A stretch of DNA of 64,000 bases, taken from NCBI GenBank assembly GCA_022450595.1, contig JAKUPT010000003.1, positions 18,339 through 82,338 of the forward strand, in the 5' to 3' direction. The notes beneath the pieces are model-generated. The model ran no database searches, was not told where the DNA came from, and worked only from the letters and a program-made list of their open reading frames with translations. This stretch comes from Bdellovibrionales bacterium. GTDB taxonomy: Bacteria > Bdellovibrionota > Bdellovibrionia > Bdellovibrionales > UBA1609. This document shows, one piece after another, positions 55,283 through 64,000 of the stretch (position 1 is its first letter; each line of letters opens with the position of its first letter). Position numbers and translations under genes: made by a program.

Positions 55283-57295
55283 GTGTTTTTTGTGGCAAAA
55301 GAATTTGAACGCTTCGGCAAATACATTTTACTAGAAAAACTCGCTGCTGGCGGTATGGCAGAGGTGTTTTTAGCGCGCTCAACCGGTGCCAGTGGTATCG
55401 GTAAGTTTGTGGCTATTAAACGCATTCTTCCGCAATTTACCGACAACAAAGAGTTTATTCGAATGTTTAAAGATGAAGCCAAAATCGCCATGAACCTGTC
55501 TCATGGTAATATTGTTTCAATTTATGAGTTTGGTGTAGAGAACCAGCAGTTCTTTCTTGTTATGGAATATGTGGAAGGTAGAAACCTTCGTCAAATTCTA
55601 AACAAGATGAAAAAGAAGTCCTCAAAGTTCAGCGTTGAACAAATTGTTTATATTATTAATCAAATTTCTGCAGGGCTTGACCACGCCCACAGATGCTTAG
55701 ATGGCTCCACTGGAAAGCCATTAAATATCACTCATCGTGACATGAGTCCTCAAAACGTAATGCTTACCTTTGAAGGTGAAATTAAAGTGGTGGATTTTGG
55801 AATAGCAAAAGCAGAAAGCCAAATAGAAAGCACCAGAGCTGGAACCTTAAAAGGTAAGTTTGGATACATGAGTCCTGAACAGGCCGAAGGTCATGAAGTT
55901 GATTTAAGGACTGATATTTTTTCTTTAGGTATTATTTTATGGGAACTTCTCACTAATGAGCGTTTGTTTGTATCAAACAACGAGATTAACACTTTAAGAA
56001 AAATCAGAGAATGTAACATTCCAAGCTTAAAAAAATACAACCCAAACATTCACCCGGAGCTTGAGCGCATTACAATGAAAGCGCTTTCAAGAGATAAAAA
56101 TTTACGTTATCAAACTTCTGCGGCACTCAACCGTGATTTAACACGATTTTTAAACCGTCAGTTTCCAGATTTTTCACCTCAAGATTTTGCGATTTCTATT
56201 AAAACCTTATTTGCTGACGAAATCTTAAAAATCAGAAAACGTATGGTCTCTTATGCTAAAAAAACAGAGATCACTGAAGAAGAAGACCATGACTTTGATG
56301 AATTTCAAGAAAGCATGGCCGAGCCAGAGAAAGAAAATATTTTAAGTCGTGCTGAAGCCTTTGGGCAATTTGAACCAGCAACTAAAACAGATTCTGATGA
56401 AGACAGTGATGAAGAGAAAAACATTTTAGACACTGGGGCTCTTAGCACTCAACTTCGCACTTTAAGTGACGTTCGTGGTGCTAAACCTATCAGTTTAGAA
56501 AATCAAGGCACAAACTCCAGTATTCCCCGTGGAACTCGTTACACTATCACAAACCACAGTACTCGTAGTCGTTCAGGTAAGTCAGATCGTGTGGGCACCA
56601 TATTCAGTGGGCTATTAACTGTGGCAGCCGTCTTAATGATTATATACTACTTTTATAGTTCGCAAAACGGTCAACACAACAATGCCTCTGTCGCTCCACA
56701 GCCTCAATTGACTCAACAACAAGCACCCACACCGGAGCCTTCACCGCCAACTTATAACCAACAGGAGTCTGTAGAAATCACACGTCCAGCAGTCAGTGAA
56801 ACGACTCCAACGGAGGCTCCTCAGACCTACTCAAGACTCCCTATTCAAAGTGTCCCGTCTGGTGCTGAGATTTTTATAAATGGTAAAAGTACAGGACAAA
56901 CAACTCCATATGCTGTGAGTGTTCCAGCCAACAAAGCTTTTACTTTAGGCTTAAGAAAACGAGGCTACGTTGAATACGTTAAAGAGAGTTTTGAAGTTAA
57001 AAACTTAAATCAACCTATATTAAAAGCCACTCTTATTGAAGAACAAATTGGCTATGTCAGTATTGATGTAAGCCCTCCATATAATGCCAGAGTGTTTATT
57101 AATGGCAAACAGCTTAATGAGAGCTTACCAATTCGTAATTACAAGGTTCCAGCGGGAACAACTATAAAAATTAAAGCGGAAAACCCTTTTTCAAAAAAGG
57201 TGAAATATGAACAAATCACATTAAAGCAAAATGAGCACAAAAATCTTATTTTAAAACTATCCGATAAAAACAAAAAGTCTTACAATCAAAAGTAA
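55283..57295 (+). CDS. Ser/Thr protein kinase with TM segment and C-terminal PEGA-like repeats
   Basis: Hanks motifs GGMAEVFLA, VAIKR, HRDMSPQN, DFGIA, YMSPEQ. TM helix TIFSGLLTVAAVLMIIYY. Two IQSVPSGAEIFINGK / VSPPYNARVFINGK repeats. The start is a GTG at 55283 or 55292. Confidence 0.88.
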   Translation: MFFVAKEFERFGKYILLEKLAAGGMAEVFLARSTGASGIGKFVAIKRILPQFTDNKEFIRMFKDEAKIAMNLSHGNIVSIYEFGVENQQFFLVMEYVEGRNLRQILNKMKKKSSKFSVEQIVYIINQISAGLDHAHRCLDGSTGKPLNITHRDMSPQNVMLTFEGEIKVVDFGIAKAESQIESTRAGTLKGKFGYMSPEQAEGHEVDLRTDIFSLGIILWELLTNERLFVSNNEINTLRKIRECNIPSLKKYNPNIHPELERITMKALSRDKNLRYQTSAALNRDLTRFLNRQFPDFSPQDFAISIKTLFADEILKIRKRMVSYAKKTEITEEEDHDFDEFQESMAEPEKENILSRAEAFGQFEPATKTDSDEDSDEEKNILDTGALSTQLRTLSDVRGAKPISLENQGTNSSIPRGTRYTITNHSTRSRSGKSDRVGTIFSGLLTVAAVLMIIYYFYSSQNGQHNNASVAPQPQLTQQQAPTPEPSPPTYNQQESVEITRPAVSETTPTEAPQTYSRLPIQSVPSGAEIFINGKSTGQTTPYAVSVPANKAFTLGLRKRGYVEYVKESFEVKNLNQPILKATLIEEQIGYVSIDVSPPYNARVFINGKQLNESLPIRNYKVPAGTTIKIKAENPFSKKVKYEQITLKQNEHKNLILKLSDKNKKSYNQK

Positions 57296-57299
57296 ATTT

Positions 57300-59078
57300 A
57301 TGGAAAACACAATTTGTTCTAATTTTTTAAATAGAAGAAACCAACACTCAACAGCCTATGCCTTTAAAGCACAAAAAAAATGGCAAAAAGTGAGTTGGAG
57401 TGATTTATTCAAAAGTACAGAACTTATTGCCTGTGGATTAAAAAAATTAGGACTCAAAGAACAGGATAAGGTTATTATTTTGTCCGACACCCGGCCAGAA
57501 TGGTTAATTACAGACATGGCCATTATGGGATTAAAGGCGGTTACAGTCCCCGTTTATCAGAGCAGTCGGCATGAAGATCTGGAGTACATTGCCAACCATT
57601 CAGAGGCTTGTTTTCTCTTTTGTGAAAATAAAAAACAATACAAAAAATGGCAAAAGGTTTCTAAAAACTGCCCTACCGTAAAACAAGTTGTAGTGTTTGA
57701 CTCTAGAAACATAGAAGCTGCAGACAATGTGGTCTGCTACCATGAGCTTCAAAACATCGGACAAGACTACTTTCAAGATCATCCCAATGAATTTCATCAA
57801 AGCTGTAACCAAGTAAAACTAAAAGACCCAGCCAGCATCATCTACACTTCTGGCACAACCGGTCTCCCTAAAGGAGTGCTTCTCACTCATGAACAGTTTA
57901 TGAACGAAATGCAAACCACCTTTGGAGAGTTTGAGGTTGGGAGCCAGGACCGCTCTTTGATCTTTCTCCCCATGGCTCATGTGTTAGGACGAGTGGAAGC
58001 TCTAGGGGCTATATATACTGGGTTTAGTTTGTACTTTGCCACGAGCATTGAGAGAATTCCTGAGAATTTATTGGAAGTTAAACCCACAGTTATGGTGGCC
58101 GTACCTAGAATTTTTGAAAAAATTTATCAAAAAATGCAGTCAAAGCTTGCAAGCAATTCAGCATTAAAGCTGATGTTTAAACAGGCTAAATCCACAGCCT
58201 ACAGTTGGTCAAAAGCCAAAATGAATAATAAGCCTGTAGATGCAAAAACAAAAATCATGTACAAAGTTTTTTACCAAATGATATTTAAAAAAGTGAACAA
58301 AGCTTTTGGTGGTAATATTCGTTTTGTGATTTCAGGTGGAGCTCCCTTTTCTGAGGAGCTCGGTTATTTCTTTTTGGCCTGTAAAATTTTAGTTCTTGAA
58401 GGCTATGGGCTCACGGAAACCACAGCGGGAGTCTGTGTGAATCGACCAGAGGACTTTCGCTTTGGCTCTGTGGGAAAACCCATCACCAATGCTATATTTA
58501 AAATTGCCGATGATGGTGAAATATTAATTAAATCTAAAAATGTGATGAAAGAGTATTATAAAAACCCTGAAGAGACTCAAAAAGCCTTTCAGGGAGATTT
58601 TTTTTGCACCGGAGACATCGGGCACCTAGATGACCAAGGCTACCTAGTGATTACTGACAGAAAAAAAGACTTAATAAAAACATCTGGTGGTAAATATGTG
58701 GCCCCCCAAAAACTTGAAAATCTATTAAAACTGAGTCCTTATATTTCACAAGTGCATGTTTACGGAGACAAGCAAAAGTATATTGTTTGCCTTGTCACAC
58801 TTAATGAAGACAACGTGCTTCAGTTTGCAAAAAGCATTGGACTCAACACTCATGAGCTTGAAGAGCTTAAACAACACAGTGAAATAAAAAAACTCATTAA
58901 CTCTGAAATCAAAGCAGTAAATAAGAAACTTGCCAGCTATGAGACAATTAAAAGACACTCTATTTTAGCAAAAGACTTCACAGTGGAGTCCGGTGAACTT
59001 ACACCTAGTTTAAAAATTAAAAGAAAAGTCATTAACGAAAAGTACAAAGAGGAGCTTCATAAGCTCTATGCCAGTTAA
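57300..59078 (+). CDS. Long-chain acyl-CoA synthetase (AMP-forming)
   Basis: AMP-binding motif IYTSGTTGLPKGV, then YGLTET, GDIG and KDLIKTSGGKY. Confidence 0.9.
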   Translation: MENTICSNFLNRRNQHSTAYAFKAQKKWQKVSWSDLFKSTELIACGLKKLGLKEQDKVIILSDTRPEWLITDMAIMGLKAVTVPVYQSSRHEDLEYIANHSEACFLFCENKKQYKKWQKVSKNCPTVKQVVVFDSRNIEAADNVVCYHELQNIGQDYFQDHPNEFHQSCNQVKLKDPASIIYTSGTTGLPKGVLLTHEQFMNEMQTTFGEFEVGSQDRSLIFLPMAHVLGRVEALGAIYTGFSLYFATSIERIPENLLEVKPTVMVAVPRIFEKIYQKMQSKLASNSALKLMFKQAKSTAYSWSKAKMNNKPVDAKTKIMYKVFYQMIFKKVNKAFGGNIRFVISGGAPFSEELGYFFLACKILVLEGYGLTETTAGVCVNRPEDFRFGSVGKPITNAIFKIADDGEILIKSKNVMKEYYKNPEETQKAFQGDFFCTGDIGHLDDQGYLVITDRKKDLIKTSGGKYVAPQKLENLLKLSPYISQVHVYGDKQKYIVCLVTLNEDNVLQFAKSIGLNTHELEELKQHSEIKKLINSEIKAVNKKLASYETIKRHSILAKDFTVESGELTPSLKIKRKVINEKYKEELHKLYAS

Positions 59079-59842
59079 GGCCTGGACATATAAAATCTAA
59101 AAGCAATACCTAAAAATAAACTGCTCATATCTAAAGTTCTGTCTGTGCCATCATTAAACTTTGCACGAGCGCCCTTGGTGGTGCTGCCTTGAAAACTCGT
59201 CACCGCCGTATCATATTCTAAACTGTCAAATTCCATCACTCTATAACCCAAATTGTATAAAAAGGTTACGTTGTCAGTAAAATGCATCTCTTGGCCAAAA
59301 TGTATTGAGTAGGAAATGGTAGAACCGCCAGTTTCATCTATATAATTAGACACTGGTGAATAGGCCGTTGTTCCCGCCGAGGTGAGTTCATAGGTGTTAT
59401 CAACGTCCACTTCAGCTAAGCCAATCCCAAACCCTATAAAGCTTCTAGATTGTGGGCCTTGCATCAAATCCACCTCAACCACCATATTAGGATTGAACAC
59501 AAACACTTTGCTATCAAGCTTCATTAACTCAGCACCTGAAGAGTTCTTACCCGAGACATCTGTTAGAGAGTTTGTTTGTAAAATCTCGGCTCCAAATTTA
59601 AAGGTCACCGTTCGAATTTTTAATGAAGCTCCCAACTCAAAACTTTGATTGTAAGTCACGCCCTCAGAAAAACTAGTGGTTTGACTGCCACTGCTATTTT
59701 TAAAAGCGCCTTGATATAGATCTGAATAGCCAGCACTTCCGCCAAAAAATACCGACAGACTTTCATCGCCAAAATCGAAAACACGAGCATTGGCTGACAA
59801 AGCAGAACTTAAAACTAAAATTGCAGATAAAATTTTAAACAT
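59075..59842 (-). CDS. Outer-membrane beta-barrel protein
   Basis: Signal peptide ...SANA, strand pattern, and a C-terminal GIAFRFY. Confidence 0.72.
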   Translation of the reverse strand: MFKILSAILVLSSALSANARVFDFGDESLSVFFGGSAGYSDLYQGAFKNSSGSQTTSFSEGVTYNQSFELGASLKIRTVTFKFGAEILQTNSLTDVSGKNSSGAELMKLDSKVFVFNPNMVVEVDLMQGPQSRSFIGFGIGLAEVDVDNTYELTSAGTTAYSPVSNYIDETGGSTISYSIHFGQEMHFTDNVTFLYNLGYRVMEFDSLEYDTAVTSFQGSTTKGARAKFNDGTDRTLDMSSLFLGIAFRFYMSRP

Positions 59843-59926
59843 AAATATATTGTAACTAAGAGTTTTGGGTTTTTATCTTTGAAGCTTTTTTTTTGGACCA
59901 AAGCTTGGGTTTTTTGTAGAAAACCC

Positions 59927-60037
59927 GCAATTTTAGAGTTTAGAGTGTCGATTCAGACACGGCCTCCTTGCCTCGCTGCTCTACGGTCCGTCCTGGACCG
60001 CAGAGGTCTTCATCGACACTCTAAACTCTAAAATTGC
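59927..60037. repeat. Long hairpin, copy 3: perfect 26-bp arms around a 59-nt loop carrying a diverged core (59958-60005, forward orientation)
   Basis: Left arm GCAATTTTAGAGTTTAGAGTGTCGAT (59927-59952). The right arm (60012-60037) is its exact reverse complement. The core CACGGCCTCCTTGCCTCGCTGCTCTACGGTCCGTCCTGGACCGCAGAG matches copy 1 in 43 of 48 aligned columns. Confidence 0.95.
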
Positions 60038-60392
60038 TGGTATTCATGTGAGACAAAAATAAGAGGTAAGAGCTTGTTTTTAATTTTTGTTTTTATGGTT
60101 TAGCTCATTTTTCTAATTAAAATACTGAAGGCATTTAGATCATTTCAGCAGGGACGGACACCTGCTAGCTATGGGAAAAAAGAGACTCAACTCTTCCCCT
60201 TCCCCCTAAAGAAATTTGAAAAAATTAGAGTGACGGACTCTGGTTTATGGTGAGTAAAGCCACTATTTGAAGGCTTTAGCTCTTAGTCTTTGAAGAAATT
60301 ATAATATATGTAAGTGATTGTCAGATTTTTTTGCATAGCGCGTTATTCTAAGCTATAAATGCAGCGCATAAAACATATAGGGAGTTTATTCT

Positions 60393-60887
60393 ATGTTTAA
60401 AAAGCTTGTAGGTCTTTTTCTTTTAGCAAGTGTTTGTGTGGCCACAGTAGGCTGTAGCGACAACGACACTCAACAGCACCCAAATTACGGATACGGACAC
60501 GGCTATGCCGACTATGACCCGTACTCTTCTCGTTACTATCGTCAAGACCGCTACTGGGACTATCGTTCTGAGCGTCACCAAGTACACTGCGTTTACGATG
60601 ATAGTCACAGCCGATACTTGATGAGAAAGTATCGCGATTACAGATATCAAAACGAATCTTGTAGCAACGTAAATAACTTTATAACTACTTATAATAATTA
60701 TGGTTTTTCACCATATTACATTTCAAGTGGATGCCCTACTGGCTACAATGCGGTTTACTATGGATATTCTTTGTTTTGTGCACCCTGGAACTACTACAAT
60801 GCTTGGAACACCTATAATTACAACAACTCTTACTTGGGTTTTTATTCCTGGTGGTTAGGTGTAGGCTTATACCTCGCTTTTAATTAA
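60393..60887 (+). CDS. Tyr/Asn-rich lipoprotein, function unknown
   Basis: Lipobox ATVGC and an SD GGGAG upstream. I count 29 Tyr in 164 aa. The C-terminus is hydrophobic (WWLGVGLYLAFN). Confidence 0.7.
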   Translation: MFKKLVGLFLLASVCVATVGCSDNDTQQHPNYGYGHGYADYDPYSSRYYRQDRYWDYRSERHQVHCVYDDSHSRYLMRKYRDYRYQNESCSNVNNFITTYNNYGFSPYYISSGCPTGYNAVYYGYSLFCAPWNYYNAWNTYNYNNSYLGFYSWWLGVGLYLAFN

Positions 60888-60983
60888 ATATTCGCTGCAA
60901 TGTATCTGTGAGGCTCTTTGTAGCCTCACCCCTTATCCCGTGTTAAAAATAGTACAAATTAACACTAACGGGATAGGGAGATT

Positions 60984-63005
60984 ATGAATCCATTACTTAA
61001 AATATCTGAGCTACCACATCGAGCTGTTCCCTTTGATAAAATCAAAACTGAACATTACTTACCGGCCCTGAATGAGGCCATACAAATAGCCAAAGCCAAC
61101 ATTGAGCAAATAAAAGCTCAAAAAGACCCAAACTTTTCCAATGTGATTGAGGCTCTAGAAACCGCCTCGGACGAGGTCAACTATGGGGCCGGGATTTATT
61201 TTAACCTGTTGAGTGCTGAGGCTTCTGAAGAACATCAGGCTTTAGCCAAAGAAATAAGCCCGCTGCTGTCTAATTTTTCAAGCGACATCAACTTAGATGA
61301 AGAATTGTTTTCTCAAGTCAAAAAGGTTTACGACAATAAAGCTGAGCTGAAACTTTCAGAGGAACAGCAAAAACTTTTACAAGAAACCTATGAAGGCTTT
61401 GAGCGCAATGGTGCTTTGCTGGACAAAGACAAAAAACAGCAATTACGAAAAATCAGCGAGCGTCTTTCGCAACTCAGCCCTCAATTTAGTGAAAACATTC
61501 TTAAATCTACCAATGCCTTTACTTTGCACCTCGCAGACAAGGCCGACTTAGAGGGCTTGCCAGAATCTATTGTTGAATCAGCCGCTCATGAAGCTGAGAC
61601 AAAAGGTAAAGAGGGCTATGTTTTTACTCTTCAAGCCCCAAGCTTTATTCCTTTTATGACTTACAATAAAAACCGAGCTTTAAGAGAAAAGATGTGGAGA
61701 GCTTATACGAGTCGTTCTTTTAATGATGATTTTGACAACCAAGAGAACATCCTCGAAATCATTAAACTTCGCTCTGAAAAGGCTAAGCTTTTAGGTTATG
61801 ACACTCATGCTGATTTTGTACTTTCAAAAAGAATGGCTGAGAGTAAAAAAACAGTGATGGATTTTTTAAACAAATTATTAAAATCTGCAAAACCTGCTGC
61901 AGAAAAAGAAGTTCAAGAGCTGTCAGAACTTGCAAAAAAAGATGACATTGAACAACTTATGCCTTGGGATGTGGCTTACTACACAGAAAAATTAAAGCAC
62001 ATAAAATTTGATTTGGAAGAAGAACAACTTCGCCTCTACTTTAAATTGGAAAATGTAATTAACGGAGTTTTTGCTCATGCCGAAAAACTTTATGACCTAA
62101 CCTTTGAAGAAAAAGACATTTATCCCAAGTACCACAAAGATGTAAAAGTCTTTGAGGTGTATAAAAAAACCTCCAAAGATTTTATTGGTCTTTTTTATGC
62201 CGACTTTTTTCCAAGAGACACCAAAAAAGCTGGCGCTTGGATGACCAACTATTACGAGCAAGGCTTGTTTCAAGGCAAAGTTATGCGCCCGCATGTAAGC
62301 ATTGTGTGTAACTTTTCAAAACCCACATCAACAAAGCCCTCGCTTTTAACTTTAAACGAAGTGCAAACCCTATTTCATGAGTTTGGACACTCACTTCATA
62401 GTTTACTGTCTCAGTGCACTTATAGATCACTGTCGGGGACTAATGTGTATTGGGACTTTGTGGAACTCCCCTCGCAACTGATGGAAAACTGGACCTTAAA
62501 AAAAGAGGGTTTAGACTTGTTTGCAAAACACTATCAGACCCAAGAGCCCATGCCCCAAGAGCTTGCTGATAAAATTAAAAAAAGCTCTCAGTTTATGGCG
62601 GGATACCAATATGTGCGTCAGTTAAGTTTTGGCTTAATGGATATGGCTTGGCACACAGCCGATCCGAATTCTATCACTTCTGTTTCGGAGTTCGAACAAA
62701 AAGCTCTTGAACCCACAAAACTATTACCAACCGTTGATGGCGCAGTTATTTCATGTGGTTTTTCACATATATTTGCTGGTGGCTATTCTGCAGGTTACTA
62801 CTCTTATAAATGGGCTGAAGTTTTAGAGGCTGATGCCTTTGAAGCTTTTGAAGAAAAAGGAGTGTTTGATAAATCTGTGGCCACTTTATTTGAAGAAAAT
62901 ATTCTTTCTCGTGGAGGAACCGAGCACCCAATGACACTTTATAAAAACTTTAGAGGACGCGAGCCAGACCCTAACGCTCTACTTAGACGTGATGGCTTAA
63001 TTTAA
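60984..63005 (+). CDS. dcp: M3-family zinc metallopeptidase (peptidyl-dipeptidase Dcp / oligopeptidase A-like)
   Basis: HEFGH zinc motif with a downstream Glu (FVELPSQ); 673 aa, typical of M3A. Confidence 0.9.
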   Translation: MNPLLKISELPHRAVPFDKIKTEHYLPALNEAIQIAKANIEQIKAQKDPNFSNVIEALETASDEVNYGAGIYFNLLSAEASEEHQALAKEISPLLSNFSSDINLDEELFSQVKKVYDNKAELKLSEEQQKLLQETYEGFERNGALLDKDKKQQLRKISERLSQLSPQFSENILKSTNAFTLHLADKADLEGLPESIVESAAHEAETKGKEGYVFTLQAPSFIPFMTYNKNRALREKMWRAYTSRSFNDDFDNQENILEIIKLRSEKAKLLGYDTHADFVLSKRMAESKKTVMDFLNKLLKSAKPAAEKEVQELSELAKKDDIEQLMPWDVAYYTEKLKHIKFDLEEEQLRLYFKLENVINGVFAHAEKLYDLTFEEKDIYPKYHKDVKVFEVYKKTSKDFIGLFYADFFPRDTKKAGAWMTNYYEQGLFQGKVMRPHVSIVCNFSKPTSTKPSLLTLNEVQTLFHEFGHSLHSLLSQCTYRSLSGTNVYWDFVELPSQLMENWTLKKEGLDLFAKHYQTQEPMPQELADKIKKSSQFMAGYQYVRQLSFGLMDMAWHTADPNSITSVSEFEQKALEPTKLLPTVDGAVISCGFSHIFAGGYSAGYYSYKWAEVLEADAFEAFEEKGVFDKSVATLFEENILSRGGTEHPMTLYKNFRGREPDPNALLRRDGLI

Positions 63006-63018
63006 AAAGGTAAATGAA

Positions 63019-63903
63019 ATGCATAAAAAGTCCACGTTATTAAAAAAGCCCATCAAAAAAGTCGCTGTTGTTTACAGACCTGGTAGAAAAGCCACCTCTA
63101 AAATTGCCAGCGAGGTGGCCGAATGGCTTATGGAGAGAAAGATCAAAGTCTATTCTCATCCTAAACGAAAATTTAAAGTAAACTCCAAACAGATTCCTGT
63201 TTGTAACAAACCCAAAGAGCTCGACTTAATTGTTGTGCTTGGAGGGGATGGAACATACTTAGAAGCTGTAAGACTCATTGAGGGCTCCAAGGTTCCTATC
63301 CTTGGAATCAACATGGGCTCATTAGGGTTTTTAACTGAAAACCGTTTAGAAAACCTGTACCCATCACTTGAGATGACTCTCAATGGAAAGATGGAGGCCT
63401 GCCCTCGTTCCATGTTAAAAGTAAAAGTTAAAAATGGGAAAAGTAGTAAAGAGTTTTTAGCTTTAAATGATGTGGTGATTGAAAGAGGGGCTCGCAGTCA
63501 CCTGATAGACCTTGAAGTGTTTAGTGAAAAAAACTTTGTGTGCAACGTAAAGTCCGATGGTTTGATTATTTCAAGCCCCACCGGATCAACGGCTTACAAC
63601 TTAGCAGCCGGAGGACCGATACTGCATCCCGAGGTCGACGCCGTGGTAGTGACCCCCATCTGCCCACACAGTTTAACCAATAGACCTTTAATTTTTCCAG
63701 ATGACAGACTGCTTTGTTTCCAGTTAAAACCAGGCAAACAAACAGCAAGCCTTACTATTGATGGATTAAATTGCGGCGAAATTAATGATAAAAAACATGT
63801 CAGCATTGAACGAGCAAAACAAGATCATTACGTTTTAAAAAAACCGTCTCACAATTATTTTACACTCCTCACAGAGAAACTCCGTTTTGGAGAAAGGGAC
63901 TAA
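63019..63903 (+). CDS. nadK: NAD kinase
   Basis: GGDGTYL motif, NMGSLGFL and SPTGSTAYNLAAGGP blocks. Confidence 0.92.
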   Translation: MHKKSTLLKKPIKKVAVVYRPGRKATSKIASEVAEWLMERKIKVYSHPKRKFKVNSKQIPVCNKPKELDLIVVLGGDGTYLEAVRLIEGSKVPILGINMGSLGFLTENRLENLYPSLEMTLNGKMEACPRSMLKVKVKNGKSSKEFLALNDVVIERGARSHLIDLEVFSEKNFVCNVKSDGLIISSPTGSTAYNLAAGGPILHPEVDAVVVTPICPHSLTNRPLIFPDDRLLCFQLKPGKQTASLTIDGLNCGEINDKKHVSIERAKQDHYVLKKPSHNYFTLLTEKLRFGERD

Positions 63904-63906
63904 CAC

Positions 63907-64000
63907 ATGTTACTTGAACTTAAGGTCAACCATTTTGCAATCATCAACAATGTTCATATCCAGTTTGAACCGGGGTTTAATATTCTCTCTGGAGAAACTG
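63907..64000 (+). CDS. recN: DNA repair protein RecN, N-terminal 31 codons (runs off window)
   Basis: MLLELKVNHFAIINNVHIQFEPGFNILSGET matches the RecN N-terminus up to the P-loop lead-in. nadK-recN adjacency is common. Confidence 0.75.
   Translation, partial: MLLELKVNHFAIINNVHIQFEPGFNILSGET

Noticed and set aside
55237-55491. 84-aa minus-strand ORF overlapping the kinase gene start.
   Set aside because: It is antisense to the conserved N-lobe of the Ser/Thr kinase and has no independent support.
60908-60980. Hairpins between the Tyr-rich lipoprotein gene and dcp: GTGAGGCT-CTTTGT-AGCCTCAC, then TATCCCG/TGTTAA...TTAACA/CGGGATA abutting the dcp SD. These were considered as a riboswitch or RNA thermometer.
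   Set aside because: The first is most simply a terminator-like stem, though it lacks a U-tract. The second is short and imperfect. Neither resembles any riboswitch class I recognise, so I make no regulatory claim.

Overview
This is a 64-kb chromosomal window from a low-GC Gram-negative bacterium, densely coded and mostly on the minus strand. I saw no rRNA, tRNA, CRISPR array, transposase, integrase or prophage genes. The gene content suggests a Bdellovibrio-like predatory bacterium (Bacteriovorax/Halobacteriovorax type). That is inference only, based on an Agl/Glt-type gliding operon, several PilZ/GGDEF proteins, many outer-membrane barrel paralogs and AddAB.

Main blocks:
- 1-2.7 kb: a truncated ABC exporter and a di-haem cytochrome c peroxidase.
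- 2.8-15.3 kb: an 11-gene, tightly coupled minus-strand operon. Its order matches the Myxococcus gliding machinery: a TolQ/MotA-like gene, two ExbD/TolR-like genes, then GltD-, E-, F-, G- and H-like genes and two more secreted proteins. It is headed by a GYF-GYF-PilZ protein.
- 15.3-16.05 kb: a 780-bp intergenic region with two unusual long hairpins.
- 16-33 kb: phnDCE-like transporter, housekeeping genes (HAD, Nudix, rsmI, yhaM-like, purH, mlaFED-like, alr), and a degenerate GGDEF coupled to a degenerate sensor-kinase-like protein.
- 33-43 kb: nadB, a lipase-like hydrolase, a stand-alone PilZ and addAB.
- 43-53 kb: an outer-membrane island with a porin, three FadL-like barrel paralogs, two Cys-rich lipoproteins and other barrels.
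- 53-64 kb: a photolyase-related protein, coaE, a Ser/Thr kinase, an acyl-CoA synthetase, a Tyr-rich lipoprotein, dcp, nadK and the start of recN.

The most unusual signal is non-coding. A 47-48 nt core of about 72% GC occurs three times, each time at the tip of a long, near-perfect AT-rich palindrome (arms of 26-40 bp). The arm sequences are unrelated between copies. Two cores are 47/47 identical but in opposite orientation. This conserved-loop, variable-stem layout is the reverse of a normal MITE/REP and matches no element class I recognise.
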